64,000 nucleotides of DNA, taken from NCBI GenBank assembly GCA_964016885.1, contig OZ024766.1, positions 20,398,001 through 20,462,000 on the forward strand. Direction: 5' to 3'. Source of the stretch: Eledone cirrhosa (lineage: Eukaryota). Below, piece after piece: positions 1 to 12,369 of the stretch. The position numbers and the translations under genes are program-made. The first letter of the stretch is position 1. The number at the start of each line of letters is the position of its first letter. The notes beneath the pieces were generated by a model. That model saw only the letters and a program-made list of their open reading frames with translations, made no database searches and had not been told where the DNA came from.

Positions 1-990
1 ACACTCTGTAAAGTGGTAGTGTTGGTGTCATGATATAATACACCCAGTACACTCTGTAAAGTGGTAGTGTTGGTGTAATGATATAATACACCCAGTACAC
101 TCTGTAAAGTGGTAATGTTGATGTATATGATAACATACACCCAGTACACTCTGTAAAGTGGTAGTGTTGATGTATATGATAACATACACCCAGTACACTC
201 TGTAAAGTGGTAGTGTTGATGTATATGATAACATACACCCAGTACACTCTGTAAAGTGGTAGTGTTGATGTATATGATAACATACACCCAGTACACTCTG
301 TAAAGTGGTAGTGTTGATGTATATGATAACATACACCCAGTACACTCTGTAAAGTGGTAGTGTTGGTGTCATGATATAATACACCCAGTACACTCTGTAA
401 AGTGGTAGTGCTGGTGTCATAATGTAATACACCCAGTACACTGTAAAGTGGTAGTGCTGATGTCATGATATAATACACCCAGTACACTCTGTAAAGTGGT
501 AGTGTTGGTGTCATGATATAATACACCCAGTACACTCTGTAAAGTGGTAGTGCTGGTGTCATATTATAATACACCCAGTACACTCTGTAAAGTGGTAGTG
601 TTGGTGTCATGATATAATACACCCAGTACACTCTGTAAAGTGGTAGTGCTGGTGTCATATTATAATACACCCAGTACACTCTGTAAAGTGGTAGTGTTGG
701 TGTCATGATATAATACACCCAGTACACTCTGTAAAGTGGTAGTGCTGGTGTCATGATGTAATACACCCAGTACACTCTGTAAAGTGGTAGTGCTGGTGAC
801 ATGATGTAATACACCCAGTACACTCTGTAAAGTGGTAGTGCTGATGTCATGATATACTACACCCAGTACACTCTGTAAAGTGGTAGTGGTGGTGTCATGA
901 TATAATACACCTAGTACACTCTGTAAAGTGGTAGTTAGTGTTGGTGTCATGATATAATACACCCAGTACACTCTGTAAAGTGGTAGTGTT
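1..990. repeat. 48-49 bp minisatellite (ACACCCAGTACACTCTGTAAAGTGGTAGTGTTGGTGTCATGATATAAT), ~20 copies, in the last intron of Hakai
   Basis: Periodicity is directly visible. The unit aligns with the SINE segment AGCACCCAGCACTCACTGTAAA at ~61878. Confidence 0.95.
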
Positions 991-1022
991 GTGTTATCCT
1001 TGTCTCTTCTTTCTTTCTACAG

Positions 1023-1510
1023 GTGTGGTGACCCTGTGCAGAGAATTGAGCAGTCTGCCCTGGGGTCGGTGTTTGTGTGCACGTTTGGGGGTGCAAAGCA
1101 TGGAGTCTCCGGGTGCAGAAGGACGTACCTCTCCCAGCGGGACCTGCAAGCTCACATCAATCACCGCCACCTGCGACAGGGAGCAGGACCAGAACCTCCT
1201 ACGCAACAATCAAGCTCAAAACCTCAAGGACCTGGGCCAGGCCAGGGTCAGCCGCTGCTGCAGCAAGCCCCGCCGCCGTCATCGTCATCATCATCATCAT
1301 CGTCGTCGTCACAGCAGCAGCAGCAGCAGGGTGTAGGGCTGTCGTCTGTGGCCGGCGGTAGCAGCCAAGCGCCGTCTGGTGGGCAGCAGGGCCAGGGCGG
1401 GGGTGTTGGCGCGGCGGGCCAGGGGCAGGGACACTCTGGGCATCTCCTGGCTCCTCCGCACCACGGCCGAGGTCCTACCCCGGCCCACGCCCACGGCCAC
1501 ATGGCACAGA

Positions 1511-1553
<43 letters not shown>

Positions 1554-3516
1554 ACAGTCACAACAACAACAAAGTAGAACTGGACAACAACAACAACAAC
1601 AACAACAACACCAACAGCAGCAGCAACAACCACCGCCGCAGGGCGTCGTCGTCCACGCGGGGCACCAGCCCGTAGCCAACAGCTACATCGCTGCCCCAAC
1701 CTCGGTGGGGTCTCAGCCCATGTCAGCGCTTGACCTCTTGACCTCGATTAGCCAGCAGCAGCAGCAGCAACAACAACAACAACAACATGAACAGCTTGTG
1801 TACCTGCACCACTCTATGGACGAGTCGCAGATGGTCGCCCAAGCCCCCGGGGGTCCCCCTCCGCCGCTCCTCGCCCTCCCCCACCAGCATCAGCACCACC
1901 ACCAACAGCAGCAGCATTTGCAGGGCCACCCTCCGCCCCTGCCGGGCCACCATGCGCCCGCGGGGGTGGCGATGGTCGGCGGGGGGGCGGGCGGGATGGG
2001 CGTCGCCCCTCCCCTCGTCTCTCCGGCCGGCCCCCTCTCCTCGTCCTCGCCGTCGCCGATCGCCGCCTCCGGCGGGCCGCCGGTCGCCCTGCCCCTGCCG
2101 ACGCCCGTCTCGGTGGGCGGGGCGGTGGGGCCCAACAAGCACGGCGGGGGCCGGGTGATGGCGCCGGGCGGCGGCGCCTCGGGGGGCGGGATGAGCGTGC
2201 CCCCGCCCCTGCCGCAGGCGCCGCCGCCCCACGGCGGGGGCATGCCCCCCCCGCCGCTCCTGCCGCACATGCACAACCACCACCACCACCAGCAGCATCA
2301 GCAGATGTCGGTGGGGCACGACTCGTACCCGATCTCTGCGATCCCCGTCATGTCGAGCGCGTCGAGGACCAACCTGATCACCGTGCCGATCCAGGACGAG
2401 GGCTCGGAGTACGTGGGGCCCCGCGGTGGTGGCCCGGGGGCGGGGGGCGACCCTCAGCTCGCGCCGCCGCCGAACCACCCTCACGGCCCGGCCCACCACC
2501 AACAGCAGCAGCAGCACGGCCCCCCGCCCCCTCAGCACCCCCACCACCCGCACCACCCCCACCAGCAGCACCACCACCACCACCAGCCCCCGGGGCCGGG
2601 CGGCGGGGGCTACCAGGGCTTCGCCCCCAACGCCCCGCCGCCGCCCTTCCCCCCGGGCCACCCGCTGGCGCAGGTCGGCGTCCAGATGCCGCCTTCGTCC
2701 ACTTCGGCGGTGTCGATGCCTTCCCTTTCCCCCCAGGGGATGCCTCCCCCGCCCCCCGTCTCGTACGCGCCGCCCACGTCGTCGGCGGGAGGGGGAGGCG
2801 GCACCAACATGCCGCCGCCGCTGTGTTCGCCCCTCTACTCGTCGCCGCAGGGCTTCCCGCCCCAGGGCGGGGGCGGGCGGCCCCCTCCGCCGCCACAAGC
2901 GGGGTTCCAGGGCGGGGGCGGCGGCGGCGGGCCTCCTCCCCCCCACCACCCGCCCCACGTCATGGTGGGGCACCACCAGGCCCGGGGCGGTGGCGGCGGC
3001 GGCGGCCCGAGGGGCCAGCTGCCCCCGCCGCCGCCCCTCCTGTCGGGCGGCCCGCCCCCCCTCGCCGGCTCGGCGCCCCCGCTCCAGGGCGGCCACGGGG
3101 GCCACCACCCGTCGGGCATGCCCCCGCTGGTCGTCGGCCAGCAGCAGCAGCAGCGCATGGGCATGCCCCCCCACCAGCCGCCCCCGCCGCCGCCCCCTCC
3201 CCCGCCCCACTTTCCGCCCGCCCCCCACGGTGGCCACTACGAGGACGCCCCGCCGCCGCCGCCGCCTCCCCCGCCGCCCCTCGGCGCCGGCTACCCTCCC
3301 CCTCCACCGCAGCAGCAGCAGCAGCCCCCACCGCAGCCGGGCAGCCCCAGGATGGGCTGGGGCGGCGGAGGGCCGATGGCGCCGAGGGGCCCTCACCCGC
3401 GACCGCCGGCCAGCGCTCTGGCCCAGCTACAGCAACAGCAGCAGCAACAACAACAACAGCAACAGGCCCAAAGATCACAATCAGACGGTGGTGGACATTA
3501 CAACCAATACTATTAA
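1023..3516 (+). CDS. CBLL1: E3 ubiquitin ligase Hakai (CBLL1), terminal coding exon: end of the RING/HYB zinc-binding region plus a ~780-aa Q/P/H/G-rich tail
   Basis: A polypyrimidine tract and AG sit at 1021-1022 (phase 2). [10 protein letters not shown]...FVC...[20 protein letters not shown] matches the Hakai HYB motif as I recall it. NLITVPIQD (2371-2397) and the terminal YY also match vertebrate Hakai. Stop TAA at 3514-3516. Upstream exons lie outside the window. Confidence 0.93.
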
Positions 3517-3892
3517 GGGGCTGGGTCAGCTAAGGGCCAGCTTCCCTTTAGGTCCAGGGTCAGTTAAGGGCCTAGGTCAGCTCCTGTTAAATTCCTATGG
3601 GCATAAAAGGGGTTAGAGGGAGGGGCGGGGGGTACACAAAATAAGTGGACGCAGAGAGAAGAGGTTTTCCAGGGTCGAGGTGGCGAATAACGAGAAGGAT
3701 CTGATTGGGGTGAGTAAGGATGTGTTCATTTTATTTTGATTTTGGTTTGTATTGAAACTGCTTGTTGCTTCCATCTGACCACATTTGGAATTTTGGTGGC
3801 CCTTCTTGCGGCGGGGCCAGTGACCAATTTTATAAAGGGTAATATAGGTTTTGATGGTCTTTTTTTGGACCAGGTGACCATTTTAGTAAAGG

Positions 3893-4270
3893 ATATTTCA
3901 GGTTTTGCTGGTCCTAATTTGGACCAGTGACCAATTAGTAAAGTATATTTCAGGTTTTGCTGGTCCTAATTTGGACCAGTGACCAATTAGTAAAGTATAT
4001 TTCAGGTTTTGCTGGTCCTAATTTGGACCAGTGACCAATTAGTAAAGTATATTTCAGGTTTTGCTGGTCCTAATTTGGACCAGTGACCAATTAGTAAAGT
4101 ATATTTCAGGTTTTGCTGGTCCTAATTTGGACCAGTGACCAATTAGTAAAGTATATTTCAGGTTTTGCTGGTCCTAATTTGGACCAGTGACCAATTAGTA
4201 AAGTATATTTCAGGTTTTGCTGGTCCTAATTTGGACCAGTGACCAATTAGCAAAGTATATTTCAGGTTTT
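3893..4270. repeat. 52-bp tandem repeat (~7 copies) in the probable Hakai 3' UTR; each unit has a CTGGTCC-TAATTT-GGACCAG hairpin
   Basis: Periodicity and a 7-bp internal inverted repeat are directly visible. Confidence 0.9.
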
Positions 4271-5189
4271 GGTGACCTTTTTTAGGCCATTGAATAATTT
4301 AGGGTTTAGTGGTCTTATTTGGGCCAGTAACCAATTAGTAGTGTGTTCCTTAGTCAGCCCTCATTTGAAACAAGGTTTACACCAAGAAATCCTTACAAAA
4401 TGTGGTCTTAAGCGGCCCTTTATTTGTCACAAGGGTTACACCAAGAAATCCCTACAAAATGTGGTCTTAAGTGGCCCTTTATTTGTCACAAGGCCTACAC
4501 CAAGAAATCCCTACAAAATCTGGTCTTAGGCAGCCCTCACTTGTCACAAAAATCCCTACAAAATGTGGTTGTTAGGTGGCCCTTTATGCAGTACTACTGA
4601 TGAGGGAGAGTGTGAGAATATAAAATGGGGTCTCTGTGTTCATTTTTTTTGTAGGGGATGGGTGAGAGGAAGGGCTGAGAGGTCCACATCATTTGGGACG
4701 GGGGGAGGGCTGTTTCATGTTGGGTTTGGTTGGGGGGTGATGGATCAGGGCTAGGGGGTCGCGGAGACCCCCATTTTCATTTGGGATCGGGTGAAACGTG
4801 GGCTAGGGGTTTGAGAAGGTCCGCTTTTATTTGGGATAGGGTGGGTAGGGTGCTGAGGGGGGCCCACTTTCATTCGGGGTGGGGTGAAGCAGGGTGCAAG
4901 GGGTTCTGACATTATTTACAAATCCATTTTTGTTCCATAAACTTGGTTTGTTTATTTTTGTTTGTTGTTTTTTTTTCTTTCTTTCTTCATGTATTTTTTT
5001 TTTTCTTTTAATATAGATTTTTGTAATTAATTAATTAATAATTATAATTAACATAAAAACTGATCTTGGTCTTGTTGTTTTCTTAACCCCTTTTGATTCT
5101 AAACTCCCTAAAACTATTGCCATGTGTTGTGATCCTGTTATCGTTACCCTACTGAAATCAAAGGATCTTTGGTTCTGTGGCAACACAAC

Positions 5190-6335
5190 TTTGTTTTAAA
5201 TTCTTCTTCTTGTGACACTAAACTGCGCCAGTTGCAGATTGCACATCAACATGTGATCTCTCTCTCCACAAAGTTTCATTACCAACAGCAGAGTTTAAAG
5301 AGCAGAGATCAAGTCCAGTCCATTGTTTTGGCTGCCAGCCTCTGCTTCTCTGACCAGCCAACCTTCCTTCCAGGAATATATAATACCTTTAGATCACCAA
5401 CAGCAGAGTTTAAAGAGCAGAGATCAAGTCCAGTCCATTGTTTTGGCTGCCAGCCTCTGCTTCTCTGACCAGCCAACCTTCCTTCCAGGAATATATAATA
5501 CCTTTAGATCACCAACAGCAGAGATCAAGTCCAGTCCATAAGTTGACATTATTAAGCCATCGTTTTGGCTGCCAGCCTCTGCTTCTCTTACCAGCCAACC
5601 TTCCTTCCAGGAATATATAATACCTTTAGATCACCAACAGCAGAGTTTAAAGAGCAAAGATCAAGTCCAGTCCATAAGTTGACATTATCAAGCCATCGTT
5701 TTGGCTGCCAGCCTCTGCTTCTCTTACCAGCCAACCTTCCTTCCAGGAATATATAATACCTTTAGATCACCAACAGCAGAGTTTAAAGAGCAAAGATCAA
5801 GTCCAGTCCATAAGTTGACATTATCAAGCCATCGTTTTGGCTGCCAGCCTCTGCTTCTCTTACCAGCCAACCTTCCTTCCAGGAATATATAATACCTTTA
5901 GATCACCAACAGCAGAGTTTAAAGAGCAAAGATCAAGTCCAGTCCATAAGTTGACATTATCAAGCCATCGTTTTGGCTGCCAGCCTCTGCTTCTCTTACC
6001 AGCCAACCTTCCTTCCAGGAATATATAATACCTTTAGATCACCAACAGCAGAGTTTAAAGAGCAAAGATCAAGTCCAGTCTATAAGTTGACATTATCAAG
6101 CCATTGTTTTGGCTGCCAGCCTCTGCTTCTCTTACCAGCCAACCTTCCTTCCAGGAATATATAATACCTTTAGATCACCAACAGCAGAGTTTAAAGAGCA
6201 AAGATCAAGTCCAGTCCATAAGTTGACATTATCAAGCCATTGTTTTGGCTGCTGACCTCTGCTTCTCTTACCAGCCAACCTTCCTTCCAGGAATATATAA
6301 TACCTTTAGATCACCAACAGCAGAGTTTAAAGAGC
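5190..6335 (-). mobile_element. RTE-clade LINE 3' end whose C-terminal ORF2 segment has been amplified into a 136-bp tandem array (5281-6335)
   Basis: The minus-strand unit translates FLEGRLAGKRSRGWQPKRWLDNVNLWTGLDL, a typical RTE C-terminal GR.RGR..RW.D motif. A (GAA)n-like tail lies near 5200. Confidence 0.75.
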
Positions 6336-6480
6336 ATAATTTTATGTAAGAACCTTTTAATATTTCGAGATTAATATCTCTTCTTCCTCGGAAGAAGAGA
6401 TATTAATCTCGAAATATCAGGACATGTGAATAAATTAGGGTAAAAAAACAAAAACAAGCCCTGTTTCTTACAGTGTAATT

Positions 6481-7050
6481 ATGATGTGTTGAGAGAGAAA
6501 CTGGGTATAAGAGGGATAAGTTGTGGTGTGTGGGAGAGAAGACTGAGATGGTATGGACATGTGATGTGTTGAGAGAGAAACTGGGGATGAGAGGGATAAG
6601 TTGTGGTGTGTGGGAGAGAAGACTGAGATGGTATGGACATGTGATGTGTTGAGAGATAAACTGGGTATAAGAGGGATAAGTTGTGGTGTATGGGAGAGAA
6701 GACTGAGATGGTATGGACATGTGATGTGTTGAGAGAGAAACTGGGGATGAGAGGGATAAGTTGTGGTGTGTGGGAGAGAAGACTGAGATGGTATGGACAT
6801 GTGACGCGCATGGAGGATGACGGCTGGGTAAAGAAGTGCCAAGAAATCCCAGTAGAAGGAAGACGTGGTAGAGGTAGACCACGTAAAACATGGGCGGAGG
6901 TGGTGAGAACAGACCTCAGATCGCTGAAGCTCACGGAGGAGATGACGAAGGACCGTGACAAGTGGAGAGATGCTGTGCTGAATAGGACCCGTCCCACCCT
7001 TGCAAGCAGGGAAAAGCGGGCGTATGATGATATATATATATATATATATG
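6481..7050 (+). mobile_element. 5'-truncated RTE-like LINE 3' end with 4 x 80-bp tandem duplication at its 5' side and a (TA)n tail
   Basis: Translates LRWYGHVTRMEDDGWVKKC..VEGRRGRGRPRKTWAEVVRTDL..DRDKWR. 80-bp period over 6481-6800. Confidence 0.85.
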
Positions 7051-7069
7051 AATGTAAGTATTGTATATC

Positions 7070-7262
7070 TAATAATTGTTTCTACTTTAGGCACAAGGCC
7101 AGCAATTACCCAGTGCATTACTGGTACTTTATTTTATCGACCTCGTAAGGATGAAAGGCAAAGTAAACCTCGGCGGGATTTGAACTCAGATCGTAAAGGG
7201 ACGTAACTATGCTGGAAAGCATGGCGTCCGACCCTCTACCGATACTGCCAATCCACCGCCCT
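7070..7262 (-). mobile_element. tRNA-derived SINE (family A; other copies at ~18929, ~49590-49800, ~60910-61050)
   Basis: The minus strand carries an A-box-like TGGCAGTATCGG and a B-box GAGTTCAAATCC. Multiple dispersed copies are in the window. Confidence 0.8.
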
Positions 7263-7414
7263 ATTGTATATCTAATAATATGCTGTATGTTTATTTAAAA
7301 ACATTTTCAAGGTCTTTCACTATGAATTTAAAGTAGTAACTATAATCATATGCCTAGCTTCAGCAAAAAGGAGAGGGAAATAACCGACGATCGTTTCTCA
7401 CTGCCATCTTGTGA

Positions 7415-8520
7415 CACCCAAGCTCCGAAGTGCCATAAATTCACCATCCTATTTTCCCAGTTCCCTAATGTGTCACCATAGCTCCGCTGTGCCATATTCC
7501 CGCACCCAAGCTCCGAAGTGCCATAAATTCACCATCCTATCTTCCCAGTTCCCTAATGTGGCACCATAGCCCCGCTGTGCCATATTCCCGCACCCAAGCT
7601 CCGAAGTGCCATAAATTCACCATCCTATCTTCCCAGTTCCATAATGTGGCACCATAGCCCCGCTGTGCCATATTCCTGCTCCGAAGTGCCATAAATTCAC
7701 CATCCTATCTTCCCAGTTCCATAATGTGGCACCATAGCCCCGCTGTGCCATATTCCTGCTCCGAAGTGCCATAAATTCACCATCCTATCTTCCCAGTTCC
7801 ATAATGTGGCACCATAGCCCCGCTGTGCCATATTCCTGCTCCGAAGTGCCATAAATTCACCATCCTATCTTCCCAGTTCCATAATGTGGCACCATAGCCC
7901 CGCTGTGCCATATTCCTGCTCCGAAGTGCCATAAATTCACCATCCTATCTTCCCAGTTCCATAATGTGGCACCATAGCCCCGCTGTGCCATATTCCTGCT
8001 CCGAAGTGCCATAAATTCACCATCCTATCTTCCCAGTTCCATAATGTGGCACCATAGCTCCGCTGTGCCATATTCCTGCTCCGAAGTGCCATAAATTCAC
8101 CATCCTATCTTCCCAGTTCCATAATGTGGCACCATAGCCCCGCTGTGCCATATTCCTGCTCCGAAGTGCCATAAATTCACCATCCTATCTTCCCAGTTCC
8201 ATAATGTGGCACCATAGCCCCGCTGTGCCATATTCCTGCTCCGAAGTGCCATAAATTCACCATCCTATCTTCCCAGTTCCATAATGTGGCACCATAGCTC
8301 CGCTGTGCCATATTCCTGCTCCGAAGTGCCATAAATTCACCATCCTATCTTCCCAGTTCCATAATGTGACACCATAGCCCCGCTGTGCCATATTCCTGCT
8401 CCGAAGTGCCATAAACTGACCATCCTATCTTCCCAGTTCCATAATATGTCACCATAGCCCCGCTGTGCCATATTCCCGCACCCAAGCTCCGAAGTGCCAT
8501 AAACTGACCATCCTATCTTC
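7415..8520. repeat. 80-bp (89-bp at edges) tandem repeat rich in GTGCCATA
   Basis: Periodicity is directly visible. Confidence 0.9.
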
Positions 8521-8579
8521 CAATAGACATCGGAGGTCACCCTAGCTCCATATTACCATACTGTGTCACTGGTGCTACC

Positions 8580-9960
8580 CAGTGCAATAGTGTGTGCCAT
8601 ACTGCGGCACCTTTGCTCCAAAGTGCCGTATTTTCCACCCTATCACCCCATTGCCATAATTTTACCATATCTTCCCAGTACCATTTTGTCGTCCCCCCCC
8701 CCCCCAGTGCAGTGGTGTGCCACCTAATCCCCACTGTGCCATACTGCGGCACCTTTGCTCCAAAGTGCCGTATTTTCCACCCTATCACCCTATTGCCATA
8801 ATTTTACCATATTATCTTCCCAGTACCATTTTGTCCCCCCCCCCTCCCCAGTGCAATAGTGTGCCACCTAATCCCCACTGTGCCATACTGTGGCACCAAA
8901 GTGTCGTATTTTCCACCCTATCACCCCATTGCCATAATTTTACCATATTATCTTCCCAGTACCATTTTGTCCCCCCCCCCTCCCCAGTGCAATAGTGTGC
9001 CACCTAATCCCCACTGTGCCATACTGTGGCACCAAAGTGTCGTATTTTCCACCCTATCACCCCATTGCCATAATTTTACCATATTATCTTCCCAGTACCA
9101 TTTTGTCACCCCCCCCCCCCAGTGCAATGGTGTGCCACCTAATCCCCACTGTGCCATACTGCGGCACCTTTGCTCCAAAGTGCCGTATTTTCCACCCTAT
9201 CACCCTATTGCCATAATTTTACCATATTATCTTCCCAGTACCATTTTGTCCCCCCCCCTCCCCAGTGCAATAGTGTGCCACCTAATCCCCACTGTGCCAT
9301 ACTGTGGCACCAAAGTGCCGTATTTTCCACCCTATCACCCATGGCCATAATTTTACCATATTATCTTCCCAGTACCATTTTGTCCCCCCCCCCCAGTGCA
9401 GTAGTGTGCCACCTAATCCCCACTGTGCCATACTGTGACACCCTAGCACCAAAGTGCCGTATTTTGCCACCCTATTACCCCATTGCCATAATTTTACCAT
9501 ATTATCTTCCCAGTACCATTTTGTCCCCCCCCCTCCCCAGTGCAATAGTGTGCCACCTAATCCCCACTGTGCCATACTGTGGCACCAAAGTGCCGTATTT
9601 TCCACCCTATCACCCATGGCCATAATTTTACCATATTATCTTCCCAGTACCATTTTGTCCCCCCCCCCCTCCCCAGTGCAATAGTGTGCCACCTAATCCC
9701 CACTGTGCCATACTGTGGCACCTTTGCTCCAAAGTGCCGTATTTTGCCACCCTATCACTCCATGGCCATAATTTTACCATATTATCTTCCCAGTACCATT
9801 TTGCCCCCCCCCCCTAGTGCAATGGTGTGCCATACTGCGGCACCTTTGCTCCAAAGTGCCGTATTTTCCACCCTATCGCCATAATTTTACCATATTATCT
9901 TCCCAGTACCATTTTGTCCCCCTCCCCCCCTCCCCCCCGCAGTGCAATAGTGTGCCACCA
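8580..9960. repeat. ~135-bp tandem repeat with poly-C runs; shares the GTGCCATA submotif with the adjacent 80-bp array
   Basis: Periodicity is directly visible. Confidence 0.9.
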
Positions 9961-11189
9961 TAGCTCCGCTGTGCCATAGTGCGGCACACAAGCTCCTAAT
10001 TTGTTTTACTTTCTCCTCCTCTCTTCTTATACTCTATCACTTCCCTTCTTTCTCTCTCTCTCTCTCTCCTAATCTTGTCTCTTTCCTCCTCTCTCCCCCA
10101 CTCTCACGTCTTCTCTCTCTCTCCCGTCTTCTCCCACACTTTATCCCTCTCGTCATTTTCTCCTCTTCTCTCTCTCTCTACCTCCTACTCTCTCGTCTGC
10201 TTTTCCTTTCTTCCTTCCCTCCTCCCACCACAACTCTCATCCAAATCACGTTCTCTCGTACACACAGACAGACGAGAAATCCCGGCATTTATTATTTACT
10301 ATCAAATAAACCGATAGAAACATGTAATATTCTGTTACTTGTGTAAGAAAGAAACGACTAATATTGGGTGAAAATGAAATAATATGAGTTTAATTTTTTT
10401 TTTAAATCTGAAGATGAATTTTGAAAATAAAAATAGTAAATTTTCCTCGACATATTCATTAATTTAAACTATAAATAACGGTTAATATTGGAGAAAAATG
10501 TATGAATACGATACTAATTTTTTCCTCAAGATATTAATTAATATAATTCGTAGAAAACCACTTAAATTGAGGAAAGATAAAATAATATAAGTTTAATTTT
10601 AAAAAATTTTAAAGATGAATTTTGAAAGAAAAAATACTAAATTTGTCCATCATATTTGTTAATTAATTTAAACTATTGACAAATAATATTATTGGGGGGA
10701 AAATGAAATAATATGTTTAATTTAAAAAAAATCTGAATATGTATTTTGAAATAAACGAAATACTAAATATTTCTGAACATTTATAAACCTTATAAAATGA
10801 TTAAATGGATAAAATACTAAACTTTTTCAAGATATTTTTAATATAAACTAGAAAACGACTTATATGAAAGAATATAATTTTAATTTAAAAAGAAACCTGA
10901 AGGTGAATTTTGAAGAAAAGAAAATAATACTAAATTTTTCTCACCTGAATTAGTTTTTTGTTAAGATATCTATTAATTAATATAAATTATACAAAACAAC
11001 TAAATTAGGGAAATAATGAAATAATATGAGTTTAAATATTTACAAAATCCTGAAGGTGAATTGTGTAAATAAATAAAAAATACTACTTTTCTGAACACAT
11101 TTATTAATTAATTTAAACTATAAAAAGATGTTAGTATTGGCGAAAAATGATAGAAAATTAGCTTAATTAAAAAAAAAATTAATTAATTA

Positions 11190-11521
11190 AAACAATCTTT
11201 CCTTCCCAGCATTCTTTTACGGTGCGGTTTTAGAGATTCTCCGGAACTCTGATCCAGAGAAGACGAAATTACGGTGGGCTTATACAGCTTATCTTAATAT
11301 GTAAGTAGGAAAACCAATCAATCATCTCTTATTTTTTACCGCATTCGATCTATTAGACATCGTAGATCGATTCTGACTAATTTTTATCGATCCACGACTA
11401 TGATTTCTATGATAATTTCGAGCTTATTAACAGCATAGTAAGCTTCACTTCCGTTTCTCTTCGCCATTTTTATTCACCTTCATTCAACATGTGTGTGTGT
11501 AAACAGTTGTTTTGATTTCTG
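11190..11521 (+). promoter_or_regulatory. Candidate promoter plus non-coding first exon for the DD41D transposase-derived gene
   Basis: CpG-containing island after an AT-rich block. It has an ETS-like CACTTCCG (~11446), a YY1-like CGCCATTTT (11462), several ATCGAT motifs, and a donor CTG|GTAATG at 11521/11522. The link to the 15701 acceptor is inferred. Confidence 0.5.
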
Positions 11522-11656
11522 GTAATGGCGACGACTGTGGAAGGCAATGTTGGTGGGGAAGGGCTCTTCGTCGCTTCTCATTTAGATGATGAAATATTTA
11601 GGGTTTTCGCAGGCCCTTTATTAATGGTGATATTATTAAATGGTAGAATATTGTGA

Positions 11657-11780
11657 GGGGTGCGTGGCTGAGTGGTTAGAGAGTTGGTTTGGCAGGGGTG
11701 AGGTCGTGAGTTCGATTCAGGGACCGGACCGGGTGCTGTGTTGGGTCCTTGGTCCCATTTAACGAGATCCACTTCACAGG
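11657..11780 (+). mobile_element. tRNA-derived SINE head (family B; degenerate minus-strand copies at ~53500-53575 and ~58830-58925)
   Basis: A-box TGGCTGAGTGG and B-box GAGTTCGATTC, followed by a GTGTTG.GTCCTTG core-like segment. Confidence 0.7.
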
Positions 11781-11800
11781 GGGTCTTACTTGTTCCTATG

Positions 11801-11832
<32 letters not shown>

Positions 11833-12061
11833 GGAACAAGTATGTCCCCGACGGCAGAGCTCTAGCTGTATGACTGGGAACTTGTCGACCGATCAGAGCA
11901 ATATGTATATATGTATATATATGTATATGTATATGTATATATATATGTATATATATATATATGTATGTATATATATATGTATATATATATGTATATATAT
12001 ATATATGTATGTATATATATATGTATATATATATGTATATATATATATATGTATGTATATA

Positions 12062-12094
<33 letters not shown>

Positions 12095-12105
12095 GTATGT
12101 ATATA

Positions 12106-12136
<31 letters not shown>

Positions 12137-12163
12137 GTATGTATATATATATGTATATACACA

Positions 12164-12200
<37 letters not shown>

Positions 12201-12210
12201 GTATATACAC

Positions 12211-12272
<62 letters not shown>

Positions 12273-12369
12273 GTATGTATATATATATATGTATATATAC
12301 GTGGGAGAACGGACGTAAAACGGTGATGCTGTACATATATATATATATATGTACATATATATATATATA

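Noticed and set aside
1248-3616. Long alternative-frame and antisense ORFs over the Hakai exon (e.g. 1723-3396 -, 2426-3616 +)
   Set aside because: These are expected from extreme GC content and codon repeats. No recognisable domains.
11657-11740. tRNA gene
   Set aside because: A and B boxes are present, but there is no convincing cloverleaf and it continues into a SINE body.
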